Below, piece after piece: positions 30,101 to 39,505 of a stretch of DNA of 64,000 bases (position 1 is its first letter; each line of letters opens with the position of its first letter). The stretch covers positions 4,608,001-4,672,000 of the forward strand of contig OZ244960.1 of the NCBI GenBank assembly GCA_965222605.1, written 5' to 3'. The notes below the pieces were generated by a model. The model did no database searches and was not told the origin of the DNA. It worked only from the letters and a program-made list of their open reading frames with translations. Both the position numbers and the translations under genes were made by a program. This DNA comes from Candidatus Latescibacterota bacterium. GTDB lineage: Bacteria > Latescibacterota > UBA2968.

Positions 30101-30748
30101 AATTACTCGATCATCTGGGGAAATCGTCAGCGGATCCAGGCGGATGGGCTGGTTAAATGTTTTTTCGGGAAACTGGTTTGCGTGTACTTTGACCGTACCT
30201 CCGCCATCTGCCTGATTGGACGTCACGAGGTAGGCGATATAAAGCCGGGTTTTTTCCGACAATTCAAAGGCGACTTTGATCCAGTCTTTCATTTCCTGAA
30301 AGGTGCTGGGTTCGAACAAGGGCATGTATAGATGTTTGGCGATAAAGCGAGAATCAGCGGGCACTTGTGTGCCTTCGGACCACGTATCATCGCCAAATAC
30401 AGCAACCGCAGCAGCACCCTCACCCGTTCCGGCCATATTGCCCAGTGCCAGCGCGTCTGAAGCGACGTGTGCGCCCACGCTTTTCATCACCGCGATGGCG
30501 CGAATAGATTCCATCTGCGCCCCATTGAGACGCGCAGCTCCCAGGGCTTCGTTGTTGGCAATTTGCACCACTATGCCTTTTTCTACCAACAACTCGCGGA
30601 TGCGCTCTGCTGCATCAAATACTTCTGCCACGGGTGAGCCGGGGTATCCTGTCATCAACCCCATGCCGCCTTCGAGGCAACCCTTGACGATCAATTCATT
30701 GCCCGTAAAAATGCCCGGGCCTTTTTCTATAGTAAATCGAGGATCCAT
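27143..30748 (-). CDS. indolepyruvate:ferredoxin oxidoreductase family, fused single chain with DUF6537-like C-terminus
   Basis: GYPGSP, FCPGCPHR, GDIGC, GDSTFFHSG (TPP), CEYCLEC...C, GVGGMG, MAYKDE, VRGY. Confidence 0.9.
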   Translation of the reverse strand: MDPRFTIEKGPGIFTGNELIVKGCLEGGMGLMTGYPGSPVAEVFDAAERIRELLVEKGIVVQIANNEALGAARLNGAQMESIRAIAVMKSVGAHVASDALALGNMAGTGEGAAAVAVFGDDTWSEGTQVPADSRFIAKHLYMPLFEPSTFQEMKDWIKVAFELSEKTRLYIAYLVTSNQADGGGTVKVHANQFPEKTFNQPIRLDPLTISPDDRVIIPPHTVIKEKEVLEQRFPKLLTLAKEYGLNRILYRPDSGKKRIGFVTSSLAYCYLEHALNMVGLGGSIPILKYGITYPIDSEILRKFTNMVDEIYVVEEKRGFLEEQIAAALQNMYQAGKTNAFRIWGKRFPDGRGFPDSCGLNPSITLNVLAPVLKSLDDPTIPVDAERIDAVVALMAQTETFDLNASVRTPSFCPGCPHRDSASVLDKMIDDFQDGNYMQRKHGTDPMDLIFHGDIGCYSLLKYEPFNRLMHNLSGMGLGGGTGAGIDPFIDNKQLVFMGDSTFFHSGMAAISDSIKHAQDITYVILDNKTTAMTGHQPTPGVDIDLMGRPTFAQDIEQIVRGLGGGTNGPVMVARMNPANREAYRDVLEQALLKDGVKIVIADKECGITYHRRVRAEQIQTVREKGFLEKETHINITPEVCEYCLECTQATGCSGLTVEETLHGSKVATDLSLCVADGACTKVEVANGDKTCPSFESLTIRRSRAPEVQTESIDLLDIPEPESRDFDTAWYAYVAGVGGMGINTISAIIAVAGAKQGYTVRFTNKKGLAIRNGGVYSHVSFTKDERVISQLTPYGHADLLLGLDILEAVRGLDPNGTGRVGSPQRTTAVVETGKRETILSMIGRDDFDTDYLEDILRRYTNADTYFGMELGEISERYLGNKIYANSILLGAAFQRGALPLTLENIRWAMKQNIKSNELEANLKAFEMGRKAALDPDAFFKPELVTTYSGLIDDKAKILANTRGNKLAETYRTLSETVANWSLSDATKLQFALGVYDLIQWSGIEYAQSYIDRVKRIYDRDDAQYQYRATDTMVRFLARVMAYKDEIYVAHLLTSEEKYRRDRARYDVDPDRGDRISYKHLTRPHFTVLGLDIKFDIQTRDWMLNIMKRARFLRKLPAWHREEKDYRDWYIDLVDGFDFDSTERYDTYVKALRLPDDVRGYREVIWPKMAAAKKMANYWLNGKGTPPKLDRKVLDIEPVVENA

Positions 30749-30756
30749 AATACCCT

Positions 30757-32130
30757 TTAGAATGCCGTGCTTTGCCAATCGGGATTGTAGATTTCACCCG
30801 ACATGGTCGAATGTACCAATTCGTAAACGCCGGTTCCTCGGCGATCAAAAAATATAAAAATATATCGTCCCGACTTTTCGTAAGTCCAGGTATCTATGGC
30901 TTTGCCTATAGCAGCCGATGTGGTGTAGTCTCGCTCGCTGGGCGGCCCGTATTTGACATAAACACGTCCTTTGTCTGTATCTGACCCCTGTTTACCCGGT
31001 TGTGACGTAAACGTATCGTCGGAGTATTTCATGCGATGTATATGATCTCGAAGCCGTTCATTTAAGGGCGTGTTTGAGGTCGGATCCAGTTTTTTCCAAA
31101 ATGCCCGAAGGAATTTCATTTTTGACGCCTGTGTTGGCAAAGACTCGTAGATAGAGAGATCTTTTTCAGATGCAATGTGATGAATGGTTTGAAAATATCT
31201 CAATTGCTCCTGTTGTGCTTCTGTCAATTCTGGATTTTCGTTTTCATCTGAAAGGAGAAAGACTTTGCGTTTGTGGCGAAGATGTTCGCGCGTGCCGCGG
31301 TCAAATAACTCGATCTGCAAATCGTACGCGCCGCCCGATAATCCTTCTGTTTCCAGGGTTTCTGTTTTTACTACGCTTTCGCCGGGCTTGATCAATCGCT
31401 TTGCCGGATACGATTTGACAACGACATCGGCGGTGTCGAGCAGACTGTATCCCAGGACAAATGAATCATTGGGATTGTTGGGCATGACCTTAAAATTGTA
31501 AACCTCAAAGTAGATCTGAATCGGCTTGCCCGCGCGGAAAAACCGCGTGGTATTGGGCACGACGCGCCATCCATTTTTGACAAAACGCCCGGCAGATTCG
31601 GCTTTTTTCAATTCCGAAGCGAAAACCAAATCGCTCACGACCAGCTCTGTGCCCTCAAAACGACGCACGCGCATATTCCCTTCACAAGTGCCTGAAATAT
31701 CTCCATAAATATCTTCGGCTTTCAGCGTCATTTTGTAGGGGGCCGGCGCGATATCAAGTGCGATGATATCGCGCACCAGCGCGCCATCCTGTTTCAATTC
31801 TCGGATATTTGCCACCGAAACATTTCGCGTCCACAACTCTTGCACCATGGGATTTCCCGCGGAATCTTGCAGAGAAAGCTCAAAGTCAATTTGCGAAATG
31901 TATTTGCCGTCTTCGGGTACAAACTGCAATTGTCGCGCATCGATTAATGTATAGACTTCCAGACGCGTGAGATTTTGAGGCCCCCGAAATGAGGCAGTTT
32001 CGGCAAAAACGCGCAACTCACCCTTTGAGCGCAAAGGCATATCCCGATATATTGGCGCATCCTCTTGCCCGTATGCCGTTGCCCAGAAACAGGTGGCAGC
32101 CATTGCAACATACCATTTTATGGAACGCAT
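30757..32130 (-). CDS. GWxTD domain-containing exported protein
   Basis: Signal peptide; FWKKLDP...NE, GSDTDKGRVYVKYGPP. Confidence 0.85.
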   Translation of the reverse strand: MRSIKWYVAMAATCFWATAYGQEDAPIYRDMPLRSKGELRVFAETASFRGPQNLTRLEVYTLIDARQLQFVPEDGKYISQIDFELSLQDSAGNPMVQELWTRNVSVANIRELKQDGALVRDIIALDIAPAPYKMTLKAEDIYGDISGTCEGNMRVRRFEGTELVVSDLVFASELKKAESAGRFVKNGWRVVPNTTRFFRAGKPIQIYFEVYNFKVMPNNPNDSFVLGYSLLDTADVVVKSYPAKRLIKPGESVVKTETLETEGLSGGAYDLQIELFDRGTREHLRHKRKVFLLSDENENPELTEAQQEQLRYFQTIHHIASEKDLSIYESLPTQASKMKFLRAFWKKLDPTSNTPLNERLRDHIHRMKYSDDTFTSQPGKQGSDTDKGRVYVKYGPPSERDYTTSAAIGKAIDTWTYEKSGRYIFIFFDRRGTGVYELVHSTMSGEIYNPDWQSTAF

Positions 32131-32180
32131 GACGATCCTCCAGGTGTATACACAACAATTCCCCGGCTGGAATTTAAGAC

Positions 32181-32209
32181 AGTATAAAGAGTTGAGAGAA
32201 TGGAATCAA
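32181..32209 (-). promoter_or_regulatory. sigma70 promoter for GWxTD-IOR genes
   Basis: Minus strand TTGATT-17 bp-TATACT. Confidence 0.6.
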
Positions 32210-32215
32210 GCGTTA

Positions 32216-33100
32216 TCAAGCCACTTGATCTGCAGCGTGGTAGGAACTGCGCACCAGTGGGCCGGATTCGACATGCTGAAAATCCAGCGTGAGCGCGAAT
32301 TGTTTGAGATCCAAAAATTCATCGGGATGGTAAAAGCGCCCCACAGGGACGTGTCGGGCAGACGGTTGCAGATATTGGCCTACCGTGAGAATATCGGTTT
32401 TGCAATCTGCGATATCTCGAATCGTCTGGCGGACCTCGTCTGAGGTTTCGCCAGCACCGACCATAATACCCGACTTTGTGGGCATACCGCGCCCCATCGC
32501 TTTGGCCCGTTTCAAAAGTGCCAACGACCTGTCGTATTTTGCCTGGGGGCGCATGGTTTTATACAGGCGCGGTACGGTTTCGACATTGTGGTTTAAGATA
32601 TCGGGTGCTGCTTCTATGACCGCGCGCAATGCCTGCCAATTGCCCTGAAAATCCGGGATCAAGACTTCGACCTTTGTGTGTCTGCACAACCGCCGAATCG
32701 CATATATCGTCTCGGCAAAAATGCGCGCCCCCCCGTCTGGGAGTTCATCGCGATTGACCGACGTGACCACTGCATGCCGCAATCCCATTGTCTGCACGGC
32801 TTTGGCGACCCGTTCGGGTTCTTCTGTATCAAGGCCCTCTGGACGTCCGGTTTTCACCGCACAGAATCCACAACTCCGCGTACACACATCTCCCAAAATC
32901 ATAAATGTTGCGGTGCCCGAATTCCAGCATTCGCCGATATTGGGACAGCGCGCACTTTCGCAGACTGTATGGAGATTTAACCCGCGCATCAAGTTTTTCA
33001 ACGTGCGGTATCCCTCACTGCCTGGAGCTGGCACGCGAAACCATTCGGGCAATCGCCTTCGGCGCACAGAAGGTGCTTTTATGTCCATCAAACCATTCAT
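32216..33100 (-). CDS. lipA: lipoyl synthase
   Basis: CESARCPNIGEC, CTRSCGFC, RSSY. Confidence 0.97.
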   Translation of the reverse strand: MNGLMDIKAPSVRRRRLPEWFRVPAPGSEGYRTLKNLMRGLNLHTVCESARCPNIGECWNSGTATFMILGDVCTRSCGFCAVKTGRPEGLDTEEPERVAKAVQTMGLRHAVVTSVNRDELPDGGARIFAETIYAIRRLCRHTKVEVLIPDFQGNWQALRAVIEAAPDILNHNVETVPRLYKTMRPQAKYDRSLALLKRAKAMGRGMPTKSGIMVGAGETSDEVRQTIRDIADCKTDILTVGQYLQPSARHVPVGRFYHPDEFLDLKQFALTLDFQHVESGPLVRSSYHAADQVA

Positions 33101-34476
33101 TGCACTCTCCGCCCAGTCAGTGTGCGCAAAGTCGTTTGGGTAATCTCGACATCGGTGAGCGCGTTGTTTGCGACGCCCTCGCGGGGAAATACGACCGTCT
33201 TAAAGCCATCGGATTTTCCCACGGCCAACCCCTCGCCTTTGCGGGCATCTCCCTGCACCAAAACCTCAAGAGTACGACCGATATAAGTCGCATTGATTTC
33301 TTCAGAAATGCGGTTTTGTCGTGCAATAATAGTTTCGAGCCTTTGTCCCTTTTCCTTTTCTGGTACCGTATCGGGCATCTCGCGGAAAGCGACCGTGCCT
33401 TTTCGCGCAGAATACTTAAACATAAATGCGGAATCATAACGCACTTGCGCCATCAATGCCAGCGTAGCTTCAAAGTCGGTTTGGGTTTCGCCGGAAAAGC
33501 CAGCGATGATATCCGTACTCAAACACAGATCCGGCATTGCGTTGCGCAAATCATCGACCAGCGCGAGATAGTTTTCGACGGTATAGCTACGCTTCATCGC
33601 TTTTAGAACGCGGTTTGATCCGGACTGCACGGGTAAATGAATAAAGCGACAAATTTTCTTTTCGCGCGCCATCATTTCAATGAATTTTTCAGAGAAATCA
33701 CTCGGATGGGGCGAGGTAAAGCGAATGCGGGAAATGCCGTCTATGCGCGCAATCATCGAAAGCAGATCGGCAAAATCGTAGGTGCCATCGCGATAAGAAT
33801 TGACGGTTTGGCCCAATAAGGTGACTTCTCGAAAACCCGCATTGGCGGCGGCTTGAACCTGTCTGACAATTTCGCGCGCCGGTACGCTGCGCTCTCTGCC
33901 GCGTACGTAGGGCACGATACAGAATGTGCAAAACTTATCGCATCCGCGCATAATGGTGATCCAGGCATTGCTGCCCTCTTCGCGCAAAGGATCGATATCC
34001 ATATAATATTCGCCGCGATCCAAACGCACATCCAGAGCCGAATCACCACGCGCTTCGGCAATGAGTTCGGGTAGTCGCCGATACGAATCTGGCCCCACGA
34101 CGAGATCGACATAGGGCGCGTCGTTCATCAGGGACTCTGAAACGTGTTTGGCCATGCATCCCGATACCCCCATAATCAGGTCTGGACGCAGATATTTCAG
34201 CTTGCGCAATTGCCCCAATCTGCCCCTTATTCGCTCTTCGGCGTGTTCGCGTATCGCGCAGGTATTCAGCACGATGACATCGGCATCTTCTGGACGAGGA
34301 GCAAAGGTATAACCCGATTGCTTTAAAATGCCCAGCATCAGTTCCGTATCCGATACATTCATCTGGCAACCGTACGTCTCGATAAAAACCTTTTGCCCAG
34401 ACACGGACGCGACAGGTATCTCGGTTTGTACAGCGCGACCGTCTAATTCTATATCGAGCAATGCGCTCACGTTCAT
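33097..34476 (-). CDS. miaB: tRNA-2-methylthio-N6-dimethylallyladenosine synthase
   Basis: TYGCQMN, NTCAIRE, GCDKFCTFCIVP, HLPVQSGS, TRAM domain. Confidence 0.96.
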   Translation of the reverse strand: MNVSALLDIELDGRAVQTEIPVASVSGQKVFIETYGCQMNVSDTELMLGILKQSGYTFAPRPEDADVIVLNTCAIREHAEERIRGRLGQLRKLKYLRPDLIMGVSGCMAKHVSESLMNDAPYVDLVVGPDSYRRLPELIAEARGDSALDVRLDRGEYYMDIDPLREEGSNAWITIMRGCDKFCTFCIVPYVRGRERSVPAREIVRQVQAAANAGFREVTLLGQTVNSYRDGTYDFADLLSMIARIDGISRIRFTSPHPSDFSEKFIEMMAREKKICRFIHLPVQSGSNRVLKAMKRSYTVENYLALVDDLRNAMPDLCLSTDIIAGFSGETQTDFEATLALMAQVRYDSAFMFKYSARKGTVAFREMPDTVPEKEKGQRLETIIARQNRISEEINATYIGRTLEVLVQGDARKGEGLAVGKSDGFKTVVFPREGVANNALTDVEITQTTLRTLTGRRVQ

Positions 34477-34483
34477 TTCCTTT

Positions 34484-35593
34484 TTATTTTTTTATTGCCA
34501 AACGGATCTCTGCTATTACTTCTGCATCGCGTTCACACAACAGTGCTTTGTCAAGTTCCCGTCTCGCCCGTCCGCCCCCAATTTTGCCCAGTGCCCAGGC
34601 CGCGTGTTGTCGCACGAGCGGCTCGTTATCTTTCAGGGCATTTGCCAGGGCGGGAACTTCGGATTTGCTTCCCACATTGCCCAGTGCCACGGCAACATTG
34701 CGCAATAATCCACGCCGTTTGGCGCGTTTTATCGGGCTGTTTTTGAATCGCTTTGAAAAAGCCTCTTGATCCATGTAAAGCAAGTCGGTCAGCGCGGGCG
34801 CATTCAAACCCTCGCGTGCTTGAAAAGCATTTTCAGAGGTTGGCTCTGCGTGTTTGCGATTCCAGGGGCATACTTCCTGGCAGATATCACATCCAAAAAC
34901 CCAGTTGCCCATATCCGATCTCAAATCCCGCGGAATAGCGCCTTTCAATTCAATGGTCAAATAGGAAATACACCGCCGCGAATCCACGACATAAGGTTCT
35001 GGAATAGCGTCTGTTGGACACGCATCCAGGCACTGCGTACAGGTGCCGCAGTGATCGGGTTGCGGGCGATCAACTTTTAGATCGAGATTCAGAATAATCT
35101 CGCCTAAAAAAAACCAGGACCCGCGGCCTTTGTCAATCAAGCAAGTGTGTTTTCCAAACCAGCCCAGCCCGGCTCGGGCGGCAAAATCGCGCTCCAGAAC
35201 AGGTCCGGTATCTACATAGACCCGCCCCTCAGCAGAGGGTTCTATTTTTTGAATTTCGGCCAGCAACTCAAATAAGCGGTCTTTCATGACGATGTGATAA
35301 TCATCGCCACGCGCATAACGTGCAATTTGCCCTTCAGGCGCACCGCCATTTTCAGATCCATCGGAATGGGGTTGGTAATTGAGACCCACGCACAGTACTG
35401 ATTTTGCATCTGGAAGGATTTGGCGTATATCTGACCGCCGATCCAGATTGCGCGCCAAATACCCCATTTTGCCTGCGTAGCCCATCCCCAACCACTTTTG
35501 ATAAAACGCCCAGTGTTGCGGGGGATCTACGGATGCAATTCCCACGGGATTAAATCCCAAACGCCGCGCCGCGTTCTTAATCCGATGAGTCAT
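34484..35593 (-). CDS. queG: tRNA epoxyqueuosine(34) reductase
   Basis: ARYARGDDYH, DTGPVLER, CGTCTQCLDACP, FGCDICQEVCPWN, C-terminal HEAT. Confidence 0.95.
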   Translation of the reverse strand: MTHRIKNAARRLGFNPVGIASVDPPQHWAFYQKWLGMGYAGKMGYLARNLDRRSDIRQILPDAKSVLCVGLNYQPHSDGSENGGAPEGQIARYARGDDYHIVMKDRLFELLAEIQKIEPSAEGRVYVDTGPVLERDFAARAGLGWFGKHTCLIDKGRGSWFFLGEIILNLDLKVDRPQPDHCGTCTQCLDACPTDAIPEPYVVDSRRCISYLTIELKGAIPRDLRSDMGNWVFGCDICQEVCPWNRKHAEPTSENAFQAREGLNAPALTDLLYMDQEAFSKRFKNSPIKRAKRRGLLRNVAVALGNVGSKSEVPALANALKDNEPLVRQHAAWALGKIGGGRARRELDKALLCERDAEVIAEIRLAIKK

Positions 35594-35609
35594 GCAGGCA
35601 CTCCCAAAA

Positions 35610-35642
35610 TAGAGGGCAGGACACAACAATGCCCTGCCCCGT
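35610..35642 (+). repeat. degenerate REP-like hairpin
   Basis: TAGAGGGCAGG acacaacaatgc CCTGCCC cgt. Confidence 0.5.
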
Positions 35643-35647
35643 GATTT

Positions 35648-36022
35648 CTAAGTCTGACGAGCCAGTTTGCCAAGTGCATTGTGAACCACATCTACCGCCA
35701 GATCAGCGGCGTGTTTTCGCGTGGGGGGCAAGCCGCCAAGCGCGGTCTCGATATCGGCACGAGTGATTTTACACGCCTGATGGGGCGTCTTGCCATTCAC
35801 CCATTCCGTGAGCACAGATCCCGAAGCAATGGTTGCAGCGCATCCCTGCGCGCGGAAAAGAGCGCGGCCAATAATGCCGTCTTTGATGGCAAGATGCAGG
35901 GATAGGATCGCACCCGAAGCTGGATTTTCTGCAAATCCAATTGCATCGGGGGTGTCCAATACGCCGACATTTCTGGGATGTTCAAAGTGATCCCGCACAA
36001 CTGTGGAATAACCGTCAGACAT
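35648..36022 (-). CDS. IscU/NifU-like scaffold protein with degenerate cluster ligands
   Basis: YSTVVRDHFEHPRNVG, NPASGA, FRAQGCAATIASGS, LGGLPPTRKHAA. Confidence 0.85.
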   Translation of the reverse strand: MSDGYSTVVRDHFEHPRNVGVLDTPDAIGFAENPASGAILSLHLAIKDGIIGRALFRAQGCAATIASGSVLTEWVNGKTPHQACKITRADIETALGGLPPTRKHAADLAVDVVHNALGKLARQT

Positions 36023-36026
36023 GGGA

Positions 36027-37715
36027 TTACGCGCTGGCCTGTGTAGAAGTTCCCGAGCGGTAATTGCTATTGCGCCCGCGTCGCCCGTAGCGTCGTCCCC
36101 GACTGCGCGGGATGCGTTTGCCAGAGCGACCAGCCCAATCTGTGGCAATTGTTTGTCTAATTACCGTGATCTGAACCTCGCCTGGATAGGTCATTTCCTC
36201 GCGAATGCGCTCGGCAATTACAAAGGACAGATCTTTGGCCTGTTCGTCGTTCACGTGCCCGGCATTGACCAGCACGCGCACTTCGCGTCCTGCATTGATG
36301 GCATAAGCATCGCGCACGCCATCGAAAGATTGTGCCACCTCCTCTAAATCGCGCACCCGTTTGATATATCCCTCGGCATCATCGCGTCGAGCACCGGGCC
36401 GCGATGAAGAAATCGCATCGGCGGCTTTGACCAAAAACGAAAGCGGGGTGGTAGCCTCTGCCTCACCGTGGTGATAAAAAATGCCGTTGATAACCTCTGG
36501 GCCCTCGCCGTATTTGCCGGCCAGATGCGCGCCGATGTCGGTGTGTTTGCCCTCGAGTTCCTGGTCCACGGCTTTGCCAATATCGTGCAACAGCCCACAT
36601 CGCCGCGCGAGTTTTTCATCCATGCCCAATTCTGATGCCATTGCACCGGCCAGAAAAGCCACTTCTTTGGAATGTCCCAAAACGCTTTGTCCATAACTTG
36701 TGCGGTATTTGAGCTTCCCGACCAGTTTGACCAGTTCTGGATGCAATGATTCAATGCCCAATTCGCGCACTGCCCGGCGGCCTTCGTCGGCAATGAGCGA
36801 ATAGATCTTTTTTTCGCAATTGGCAACAACCGCTTCAACGCGGCTTGGATTGATGCGACCATCGCGCACCAATTGCTCCATAGACAGACGCGCCACATCG
36901 CGCTTGACCGGATCAAAGCTGGACAAGACAACTGCCTCGGGTGTATCATTGACAATGACTTTCACTCCTGTGGCAGCTTCAAAAGCAATGATATTGCGTC
37001 CCTCTTTGCCGACAATCCGCCCCTTGATATGATCATCGGGCAATGTGACAACCGATATGGATGACTGAACGGTTTGATCGGTGGAACAGCGTTCTATTGC
37101 CTGTGCCAGAATCTTCTTGGCCTCGCGGTGGGCTCGTTCTCTGGCGTGATCGATAATTTCTCGGCCGATATTTGTAGCTGTTTGCCGCAGTGAATTTCGG
37201 ATATTTTCGAGCAGCATCTCGCGGGCGCGATCGGCATTCATGCCCGAAATGCGCTCCAATTGCGCCCGTTGCTGATCGAGAATATCGGTCAGTTCCAGTT
37301 CTCGTTTTTCCAAACGGACGGCTTTTTGTTTCCCTTCTTGTTCCCGCCGGGTTAAGGTTTTTTCGCGCTGGCTTGCGACTTCGGTCTGTTTTACGAGGCG
37401 GGCTTCTTGTTCGTGTAATTCGCCGTTTCGGCGATCTAAAACACGTTGTTTTTCATCAAAAGACTTTTCAATTCCGCCCTTCTCTTCATACCAGCTATTT
37501 TTAATTTCTAAAAAAGTAGCCTTGCGATCTCGGTCTTCCTTTTTCGCGAGTTTAATTGCGCGTTTCTCTGCCTGCTGCTCAATATCTCGCATTTTTCGAT
37601 CTCTAATTCGGGTGCCAACAAACCACCCGATTCCAAACGTAATAAGGGCAATGGCAACTGCCAGATAGATGATACCGTTAGTTGCCATTGAAGCTCCCTG
37701 AAATAGCATGTCCAT
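36027..37715 (-). CDS. rny: ribonuclease Y
   Basis: N-terminal TM, coiled coil, KH (GRIVGKEGRNI), HD (LLHDIGK), YAINAGREVRV. Confidence 0.96.
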   Translation of the reverse strand: MDMLFQGASMATNGIIYLAVAIALITFGIGWFVGTRIRDRKMRDIEQQAEKRAIKLAKKEDRDRKATFLEIKNSWYEEKGGIEKSFDEKQRVLDRRNGELHEQEARLVKQTEVASQREKTLTRREQEGKQKAVRLEKRELELTDILDQQRAQLERISGMNADRAREMLLENIRNSLRQTATNIGREIIDHARERAHREAKKILAQAIERCSTDQTVQSSISVVTLPDDHIKGRIVGKEGRNIIAFEAATGVKVIVNDTPEAVVLSSFDPVKRDVARLSMEQLVRDGRINPSRVEAVVANCEKKIYSLIADEGRRAVRELGIESLHPELVKLVGKLKYRTSYGQSVLGHSKEVAFLAGAMASELGMDEKLARRCGLLHDIGKAVDQELEGKHTDIGAHLAGKYGEGPEVINGIFYHHGEAEATTPLSFLVKAADAISSSRPGARRDDAEGYIKRVRDLEEVAQSFDGVRDAYAINAGREVRVLVNAGHVNDEQAKDLSFVIAERIREEMTYPGEVQITVIRQTIATDWAGRSGKRIPRSRGRRYGRRGRNSNYRSGTSTQASA

Positions 37716-37940
37716 TGGAGCCTCCTGTCAAAATTCAAATCCGGTTTTATATCCATAACGCAGGTGCGTTTGAAGATGTCTCCAACAAGCTTTTGCACAA
37801 ACTGCGCCGATGCGTATAATGCACCGCAAAGAAAAAAAAGTATGTAAAAAATAGACGTCATGCGTTTTTGTTCCTCAGAAGCTATCTTAAAGCAATAGCG
37901 GGGGTATGTAGTTAACCTATCTCAATATTTTAAAGGACCC

Positions 37941-37974
37941 AAAAGGGAGGAATCGCGAGACGACCCCTCCCTTC
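37941..37974 (-). terminator. intrinsic terminator after sodA-prx-erpA
   Basis: Minus strand AAGGGAGG...CCTCCCTTTT. Confidence 0.65.
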
Positions 37975-38003
37975 TGCACATTGGCTTTTCTACAAAGCGA
38001 TGT

Positions 38004-38330
38004 TCAAACGCTAAACGATTCTCCACAGCCACACTGATTTTTGGCGTTGGGATTGTTAAATCGAAATCCCGTTCCCATCAGGCCATCGTCGTAGTCCAGT
38101 TCGGTGCCTGTCAAAAAGAGCGCGCTTTTCATATCGACAAAAACCCGAATGCCATAGGCTTCGATTACGCTGTCATCTGTGCGGGTTGTCTCATCGAAAT
38201 CGAGCTGATATTGAAAGCCAGAACATCCGCCGCCGATCACTTTTAGGCGCAAACCATGAGCTTCGGGCCGTCCGTCTCGGTCCATGAGTTCTTTGATTTT
38301 GCCCGCTGCTGTTTCTGTGACGCTAACCAT
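38004..38330 (-). CDS. A-type Fe-S carrier (IscA/ErpA/HesB family)
   Basis: GGGCSGFQY, NPNAKNQCGCGESF. Confidence 0.95.
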   Translation of the reverse strand: MVSVTETAAGKIKELMDRDGRPEAHGLRLKVIGGGCSGFQYQLDFDETTRTDDSVIEAYGIRVFVDMKSALFLTGTELDYDDGLMGTGFRFNNPNAKNQCGCGESFSV

Positions 38331-38340
38331 AATGCCTCCA

Positions 38341-38817
38341 TTAGCTCAACGCTTGCAAACACGCCTTGATCGCATCAAAATCGGGCAACTCGGTTGGATC
38401 GTCAGACACAGAAGCAAAACGCACCACACCGCTTTTATCTACGACAAAAGCCGAACGCTTTGCCACGCCCTTAAATCCAATCAGGTCTTCGAATTGCGAC
38501 CCATAAGCCGCGCTGACTTCTTTGTTGAAATCGCTGAGCAAGGGAATGGTAATATCGTTTTCCTTTGCCCAGGCTTCCTGAGCAAAGGGACTATCCACGC
38601 TGATGCCTAAAACCTGTGCATCGAGTGCGTCGTAATCGGCCAAACCACCACTGACCGAGCACATTTCGTCGGTACAGACGCCGGTATAAGCCAGGGGGAA
38701 AAATAAAATCACGACGTTTTTTTCATCTCTGTAATCGCTCAGAGAAATATCTTCCATATCACCAGATTTTGATTTTAGCGTAAAATCCGGTGCACGGTCA
38801 CCTACACTAATATCCAT
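38341..38817 (-). CDS. peroxiredoxin (AhpC/TSA, AhpE-like)
   Basis: GDRAPDFTL, FPLAYTGVCTDE, RSAFVVD. Confidence 0.92.
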   Translation of the reverse strand: MDISVGDRAPDFTLKSKSGDMEDISLSDYRDEKNVVILFFPLAYTGVCTDEMCSVSGGLADYDALDAQVLGISVDSPFAQEAWAKENDITIPLLSDFNKEVSAAYGSQFEDLIGFKGVAKRSAFVVDKSGVVRFASVSDDPTELPDFDAIKACLQALS

Positions 38818-38839
38818 TTTGCATATCCTTTGGTAAAAC

Positions 38840-39448
38840 TTACAGCGCAGCTTCGTAACGGCGGTTGACCTCGTCCCAGTTAATTGTATTGGTCCAGGCT
38901 TCAATATAATCGGGACGCAAATTCTGGTAATTGAGATAATAAGCGTGTTCCCATACATCGAGGCCGAGAATAGGCGTTCCGTCACCTGTCATGAGTGGAT
39001 TATCCTGGTTGGCTGTGCTCAAAATATCGAGTGTGCCATCTTTGACCACAAGCCAGGCCCACCCACTTCCAAAGCGCGTTGTTGCTGCGGTGACAAATTT
39101 TTCCTTCGCAGCTTCCATGCTGCCAAAATCGGCGACAATGGCTTCGGCGACTGCACCTGCTGGATCGCCGCCATTGGGACTCATAATTGTCCAGAACAAA
39201 CTGTGGTTGGCATGGCCGCCGCCATTGTTTTGAACAGCCGTTTTGATATCTTCTGGCACGCTGTCCAGATTGATGATTAAACTTTCGATAGATTGATTTG
39301 CCAGGTCATCGTGCCCCTCAAGTGCAGCATTGAGATTGGTCACATAGGCATTGTGGTGTTTGGAATGGTGAATTTCCATTGTCCGCGCATCAATGTGTGG
39401 CTCGAGTGCATCATAAGCATAGGGCAAGTCGGGCAATTGATATGCCAT
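38840..39448 (-). CDS. sodA: Mn/Fe superoxide dismutase
   Basis: [31 protein letters not shown]. Confidence 0.95.
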   Translation of the reverse strand: MAYQLPDLPYAYDALEPHIDARTMEIHHSKHHNAYVTNLNAALEGHDDLANQSIESLIINLDSVPEDIKTAVQNNGGGHANHSLFWTIMSPNGGDPAGAVAEAIVADFGSMEAAKEKFVTAATTRFGSGWAWLVVKDGTLDILSTANQDNPLMTGDGTPILGLDVWEHAYYLNYQNLRPDYIEAWTNTINWDEVNRRYEAAL

Positions 39449-39505
39449 TTTGAAACTCCTTGTGTAGAGATGAATGATTTAGAAATGAATTCCGATACTG
39501 TTACC

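Noticed and set aside
35900-35925. Selenocysteine recoding at the missing IscU cysteine
   Set aside because: The codon is TCG (Ser), not TGA.
37508-37861. 117-aa ORF overlapping the rny 5' end
   Set aside because: Out-of-frame overlap, no motif, no RBS.
37716-38003. Possible 6S RNA upstream of rny
   Set aside because: No long irregular hairpin is visible and there is no zapA; only a terminator was found. An Rfam scan would settle it.
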